The translations under genes were made by a program, and so were the position numbers. A stretch of DNA of 54,640 nt, counting the filler, from Sphacelaria rigidula (lineage: Eukaryota), in assembly GCA_964200075.2 (NCBI GenBank). It is 5 parts of 5 records of this genome, joined end to end, with 100 filler letters (N's around TTAATTAATTAA, not from the genome) between each part and the next. Parts side by side here need not be neighbours in the genome. Positions count along the whole stretch, not along the records: positions 43,794 to 54,640 come from CAXNAA020005804.1; 4 more parts are not named here. The stretch is one strand, 5' to 3'. This document shows positions 49,486 to 54,640 of this stretch, one piece after another; the first letter of the stretch is position 1; every line of letters starts with the position of its first letter. The notes under the pieces are model-generated. The model saw only the letters and a list, made by a program, of their open reading frames with translations. It ran no database searches and was not told the origin of the DNA.

Positions 49486-49969
49486 TGATCGAATATACTC
49501 ACACTCAGTCATGAACGAAATTGATGCAAGATATAATGCGGGATAAGTAGGCATCAACCATGTTCAGGTTGCAGAGTATTATGATGGCCAATCAGAGATA
49601 TAGTGTATAATGGCGTAGGTTATGCGAGAACAGTATTTACTTCACGCACGGACAACCGAGCTGTGCCCCGCCCGTCGTCGTCCAGTCTGGTTTCGCGTGC
49701 CGCGCTGTCAAAGTGCCTTGCTCTGGGGGTTCGCATAAGTGTGTGTGGTGAGTACGTGTGTGAGGTATTGAGTGAGAGGTATTGAGTGTGAGTTATTGAG
49801 TAACAGAGCGAGACTGATTGAGGAAAACTGAGAGGATAAGCAGGGTGTGATCGAAGGATAATAAAATGCGCTTTGTACTACTGTTACTTGCCTGAACCAG
49901 GCTGCTGATTTGCGTTCCCTCACCTCTGAATTGTGTGGACGATTACCCCCTCATCAGAGCGGTTTCTCA
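49486..49969 (+). repeat. 3' LTR (484 nt)
   Basis: Preceded by the polypurine tract aggggggc. TGA...TCA termini. The last 139 nt match 43863-44001. Confidence 0.8.
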
Positions 49970-52247
49970 TGTGCATGACCAAGTGTCCTGGGGGCTGGGT
50001 GTTTCTTTTGTGGCTTGTATGGCGGCAATCCTTGGTGCGCCGAGCGCAACGTACAAGCACACCTCAGAGGCCAGCGCGAGAGCACTACGGGCTGCCCTGT
50101 ACTCAACATACGAAAGTATTTCATCAACAACAACCTGCTAAAAAGGGATGATGGTGGCGTCGACCGGGTGCGTTCGTTGCCTTCGCTAAAAATCTGCGCA
50201 AGTCCGGAAAATCCCGAATGGGCCCGCTCGGGTCCGCCGCAAGTTTAAGCTGTACAGACAGCGCATACACACACCCAGCGCACGACTTTTGGGCCGCGGG
50301 ATGGCCAGTGCGTTCTTGTTAGAGGAGGATGAGTATAACGCGCACGCCGCACCTCTGGCGATGGTGTTTGGGTCGTAGTGCGCTCGGGGTTCTGGATACC
50401 AAGCTGGCTGTCTTGCTCTCTCGTGGATTGATTTCGACACACCATTCAAGTCCAATCGTGCCTGCTAGAGTGTTCCACTCACTGTGCATGGTAACATTCA
50501 GCTATGTCAATTTGACGAGATTTGACATTTGATGCCAAAAACAAATCTGTTTTTGAAATTAATTGGTGTTCCATAAACTCCTGCCGGCGTTTCTCATACG
50601 TACGTCAAACCCTTGCCCACTGTCACCGACGTCATACCTCGTACCATGCACCTTCAGAGGTCACGAACCTCATGCATTGCTCTTTCTACAATGAGGTGGT
50701 GTCCAAATGTAGCAAGGTAGACATTATGAGCACATACCGTATCGCCCTCCGGGCTGCTCGCCCGCTCTTCCCTGTGGTCATCGCCAACGCCAATTCATCC
50801 TCGCGTGCTGCGTGTTAGACTGCTACGCCGTTCTTCCCACGCCCACTTGCTACGACTTGTCGATTCGACATGCTGTGCAGTATGACGCTGATATCAGCAT
50901 AACATCCACCCTCTGAATCCCGATAATCAGCCGTCTATCTCACATTAAACCCATCCACAAATCACGGTTAAACTTCCCGATTTTTGCTAATTATCTTACG
51001 ACGCCTTACCTCTGCACCGTGCTCCACGTGCCCATATTGCCGGCGATATCCCATCGATGTCCAACCCACCACCATTTTACTTTCAATTAACGAACGACCC
51101 GACAACGACTGCTGGCCGGCGATCTCCCACCTCATCGCGTCAAAATCGCGATTGCATCCCCTCCCTCATCCAACCATTCCTTCTCGCGCGTCCAAATAAT
51201 CCCATACCAGCACTTTCTGTACATAATCACTGCGGCCTACTGTATTTTACTCCATGTCGGCCCCAGTGATGTGGACATATCTCTGTCCCCGATCAAGCAC
51301 CCTGGGGTGAGTAGAAAACAGGTTCACCATTCGAAAGGAGATGAAGGCCGAGGGTTGTCGATACCTGCGAGGCAGGGTGGACGACGCCTGTTGGGGGGCT
51401 TTCTGGTTTGCCGGGGGCTGATCCTCCTATCATCTTCCATTGCTGCATCACCTCAAGACTTCTCCTTTCACAGTCCTCCTCTGCTCATTTCGTCCAACGA
51501 CCTCAGCGCTACAGCCGGTCCCACGTTTCCTCTTTCCACCACTCTCACACGGTCGAACATCGCTCCTCGACCACCACCGGTATGAACGTTGTATAAATTC
51601 AGCCGAAGTGTTTCATTTTTTTTTGTGTTATCCATTTGCAAAAATGTTCTATTTTATTTCGTTTTCCATATCGCGTCCCCCTTCTACCAAAAACCCAACA
51701 TTACAGGGGGAAAAAATGCCATTGTACCAAAAACTTAAAACCCAACCCCAACCTAACCCCAACCTAACCCCAACCCAAACATTCAATCGTTAATTAGTTA
51801 ATTATTAATTAGTTAATTAATTGTAAACAACTGATGGTTGCAAGATATTTACAAGAAAAACAGCACGTCCCTATTGCAGCACACCAGGATACAGTACACC
51901 CAGAACAGGTTGTACAGTGAGAATTACGAATATTTAGTTGTCATTATTCATCTATTCCTTGTTGTGTCGTCAGTTTTTATTTATCTAGCCGAAAAAACAC
52001 GACACGACACAAACAACACACAGCACTCATCTTGTATTGCCACCAAGCACAGTCGACCTTAGTAACCGTATACGTGGTCATAAAAAAACAAAAAGACTTG
52101 TGAAAACTACAAAACATTCACAGGAGAAAATAGATGAATGAATTGTGAAACGGAGAAAATGAAAATATCAGAAACAAATTTCCACACCATTTTTCCCCGC
52201 CACGAGAGCCCAATGAGTACAAAGGTCGGGTCAAATATTTGATGTCT

Positions 52248-52765
52248 ATCATCAGGGGCAGACGCCCCGTCCAACACGCTGTGCTTACCGCATACAACTT
52301 ACCAAGGCGAGCGCCGTGGTATTTGCCTTGGTGTCTGTCTTGAGAACACATATCAACAGTTGTGCTGTCCAAAGACGTAGTTTTTCCCAGGAGTCTGCTT
52401 GTATCATCTCTGTCGTTGTCGTCGTCCCCTCAAGTCTGGGCGCCGGCCTATATCTTTCGTTATGTATGGGCACACCAGCCGGGGTCACACAGGAAGAAGG
52501 TCGACATAGGAGGTTTTCATGTCTGCTTGTTTTAGTTCTCCACCTTCCTTCTGCGATGCTTGCCTTTATTTTTTATCGTGAGAGGGGTCCAGCAGTCCCT
52601 TTCCCTCGTCGACCATTAAGTCAAATTTTGTGTACCCACGGCATAGTCGCTTTCCACTGTTGGGTATCATGTGAGAAAAAATCGCAGATCGCTCCGAGAT
52701 TTGAACCCACGACACAACCGTCAGGAGGTTCCGAAGTCACCAACTGAGCCACCGGGGCGACCGGC
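52248..52765 (-). mobile_element. tRNA-derived SINE (~520 nt)
   Basis: The minus-strand head gccggtcgccccggTGGCTCAGTTGG (Pol III A box, 52740-52751) ... GGTTCAAATC (B box, 52698-52707). The 3' end has the stem-loop ggggc-gtct-gcccc followed by tgatgat. Confidence 0.8.
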
Positions 52766-53878
52766 ATCAAATAGTAATCTTTTGAGCATGACCAAGTGTG
52801 CTGTGGGCTCGGCGTTTTCTTACGCTTGTATCTGTATGATATGGCGATATAGTCCTCGGTGAGCTAAGCAAGTGTCTCAGTACATCTCAGTCGCCAGCGC
52901 TTGTGCACTATGTGCTGCCCCGTACTCGTCACATAAAAGCATTTTATCAACAACGGTACGCTTCAAAGGCATCATAGTGGCCTCGGCTGGATGCGTTCGC
53001 TCCGCACGCTGAAAAGATGTGAAGCCCCAAAACCCTAGAAGAGCCCACTCGAGTCCGCCGCAGAGTGCAGGTGCAGACAATGCAAACACGCACCAGCGCA
53101 AGACCACGGTAGGTTTGAGCCGCGGGACAGTTGGTGCATCCGCTGCAGGGGAGGATGACTACAAAGCACGCGGCAGCTCTGGCACTGGTATTCGCGGTGT
53201 GTTGGACTCGGAGTCTGTGATAGAACGCTGTCTCTCGTGACCGGACGTTTGACGTTTGGCACAAGTTCGTCCTTGCCTGGTAGAATACTCCGCGATTGAG
53301 AGGGAAATCGGGCTCCGACGTTTGACGAAAGATGACATTTGACGTCAAAACAAGTGCTGGTTAGGAACGGTCCTACATGCTGTATCCCTAGGATTTAGAA
53401 TATGAACATCAGGAAGGAGTGCAACCTGGAGGAAAGAGCACAACTTTTGTTGCGGGCGAATCTGTACGCACATGCCTCTTGTCCGCCCATGACCGAAGGC
53501 ATCCGTGAAAATGGTTTTAGATAGACCTTGGCACATTGAGTGTACTGTTCATAGCATACGTCCGACATCAGTGCAAGAGCACCAGCGTGCCTTGTGCCTA
53601 TTATAGGAGTAAGTACTAACATCTCGCGGGTCGACAGCATCGTGTTGGTGTTTGGTTGTGCATTTGGATGCCTGTAGGCGCGTTACGCAAAATTCTTCAA
53701 ACTGTCCGTTTGGCGCTCGATCGCACATGCGTCATCACCTGTACATACACCTCTGCATATAAAAGGGACTTTTCGTTGCGAGACAAAACGTTTGTCTGCA
53801 TACACACTTGGCCACGACAGGAGAGTCAACGTGTCGACTTTCCTCTGCCACAAAAACCCGTCATGCACCCATGCGCAG

Positions 53879-54070
53879 GAGGAGTTTTCCGAGGAAGAAG
53901 ACGAACACGACGAGGACCTCTCGGTAGCGCTCGCCACCCTCCGCTTTCAGCAAGAAGGTCGAACAAAAGATGGTATACCTAAACGATCGGGCAAGCAGGG
54001 CGGGGAGAGCGGGGGTTCTGCTCTAGGACTCGGCGTCACTGCTCCTACAGACGGAACTGTCGTCACACAG
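53879..54070 (+). CDS. Possible internal exon of an unidentified gene (acidic N-part)
   Basis: gcgcag| 192 nt open in phase 0 (EEFSEEEDEHDEDLSVALATLRFQQEG...TVVTQ) |gtgaag. No recognisable domain and no partner exons confirmed. Confidence 0.4.
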
Positions 54071-54640
54071 GTGAAGCATTTTGATACTCATCTAACTCAC
54101 CCCAATCCATGCGACTAGCCACAGATTCCTAGAGTGCCGCCCGATTGTAGATGGCTGCGTTGCGAAAATCAAACCCGACCAACAAGCTCACGGTAAACCC
54201 ACACGCGTAGCGGAGGATAACATGACGTACAGACTAGTCTGCGGGGTGTGTCGGGGCTTGATACCTGCAGACTATCTAATTAGCTACAATGGCAGTGACG
54301 AGCTCCGAGCTTCAATCTCGCTGATACGGAGGTTTTCCTAGGGTTGGGGGAATGTCGCAAGAACAGTGTCGATGGGGATGACGCGCGGGCGAGGAATCAC
54401 CGGATCAGGGGGGACTGGAGGTAGCAGTACATAACGGCTGGGACGGCCGCATACTCAACGTGAGACCAAGTACAATGAAAGTACTCAGATGAAGGGGTTA
54501 GAGAAAAACTCGGAAGAATGCAGCATTTGCTGGTACGCAAGACGGGGTTGAGGGCACGGTCAGAGAGAGAATCAATTACTCAAGAATATAATGGGTTAGC
54601 TGATATAATTGGTTCTGATGATTTAATCGAATTAATTACT

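Larger units (their letters stand above)
43863..49969 (+). mobile_element. Copia-derived LTR element retaining only gag and protease remnants; 5' LTR truncated
   Basis: 139-nt direct repeat 43863-44001 / 49831-49969 (about 8 mismatches by eye). Gag-like frame 45266-45900 (FLIQMRAYFKDEECYDALE...SQA*DYIVKYF...EKAKLEYE*QTMQM). Protease LWVADSVASHHTTG (~47155), followed by LPVKAVGSLKLRF...FDYNERSSSQ, homologous to the contig-3 Copia. No IN/RT/RH motifs seen. Confidence 0.88.

Overview
This is eukaryotic, intron- and repeat-rich nuclear DNA. It is most likely from a brown alga (Phaeophyceae), inferred from a signal peptide + Phe-type plastid presequence on ClpP, a 72-nt ROCO-type LRR exon and kb-scale introns. 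The window is not one locus. It is five contigs of near-identical, non-increasing length (10850, 10849, 10847, 10847, 10847 nt) joined by artificial 100-nt N44-TTAATTAATTAA-N44 spacers, so adjacency across spacers is meaningless. Contig 1 (1-10850) holds a solitary 72-nt LRR exon, a LINE 3' fragment and repeats. Contig 2 (10951-21799) holds the first five exons of a nucleus-encoded, plastid-targeted ClpP (minus strand, 179 aa recovered, including a 26-nt micro-exon). Its introns contain a 5'-truncated U6 snRNA copy, nested TIR elements and short poly-C-tailed elements. Contig 3 holds a decayed Ty1/Copia element with several internal tandem arrays, plus MITEs and hairpin repeats. Contig 4 holds the 3' half of a chromodomain-bearing Ty3/Gypsy element and several non-autonomous DNA transposons. 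Contig 5 holds a Copia-derived gag+protease-only LTR element, a tRNA-derived SINE and one orphan exon. Most ORFs in the supplied track are spurious. I found no convincing multi-gene novel system. The best leads are a family of tiny 5'-truncated elements with poly-C tails that sit in C-runs, the U6 retrocopy abutting one of them, the solo LRR exon, and unrelated coding minisatellites at the same position after the protease in two related Copia elements.
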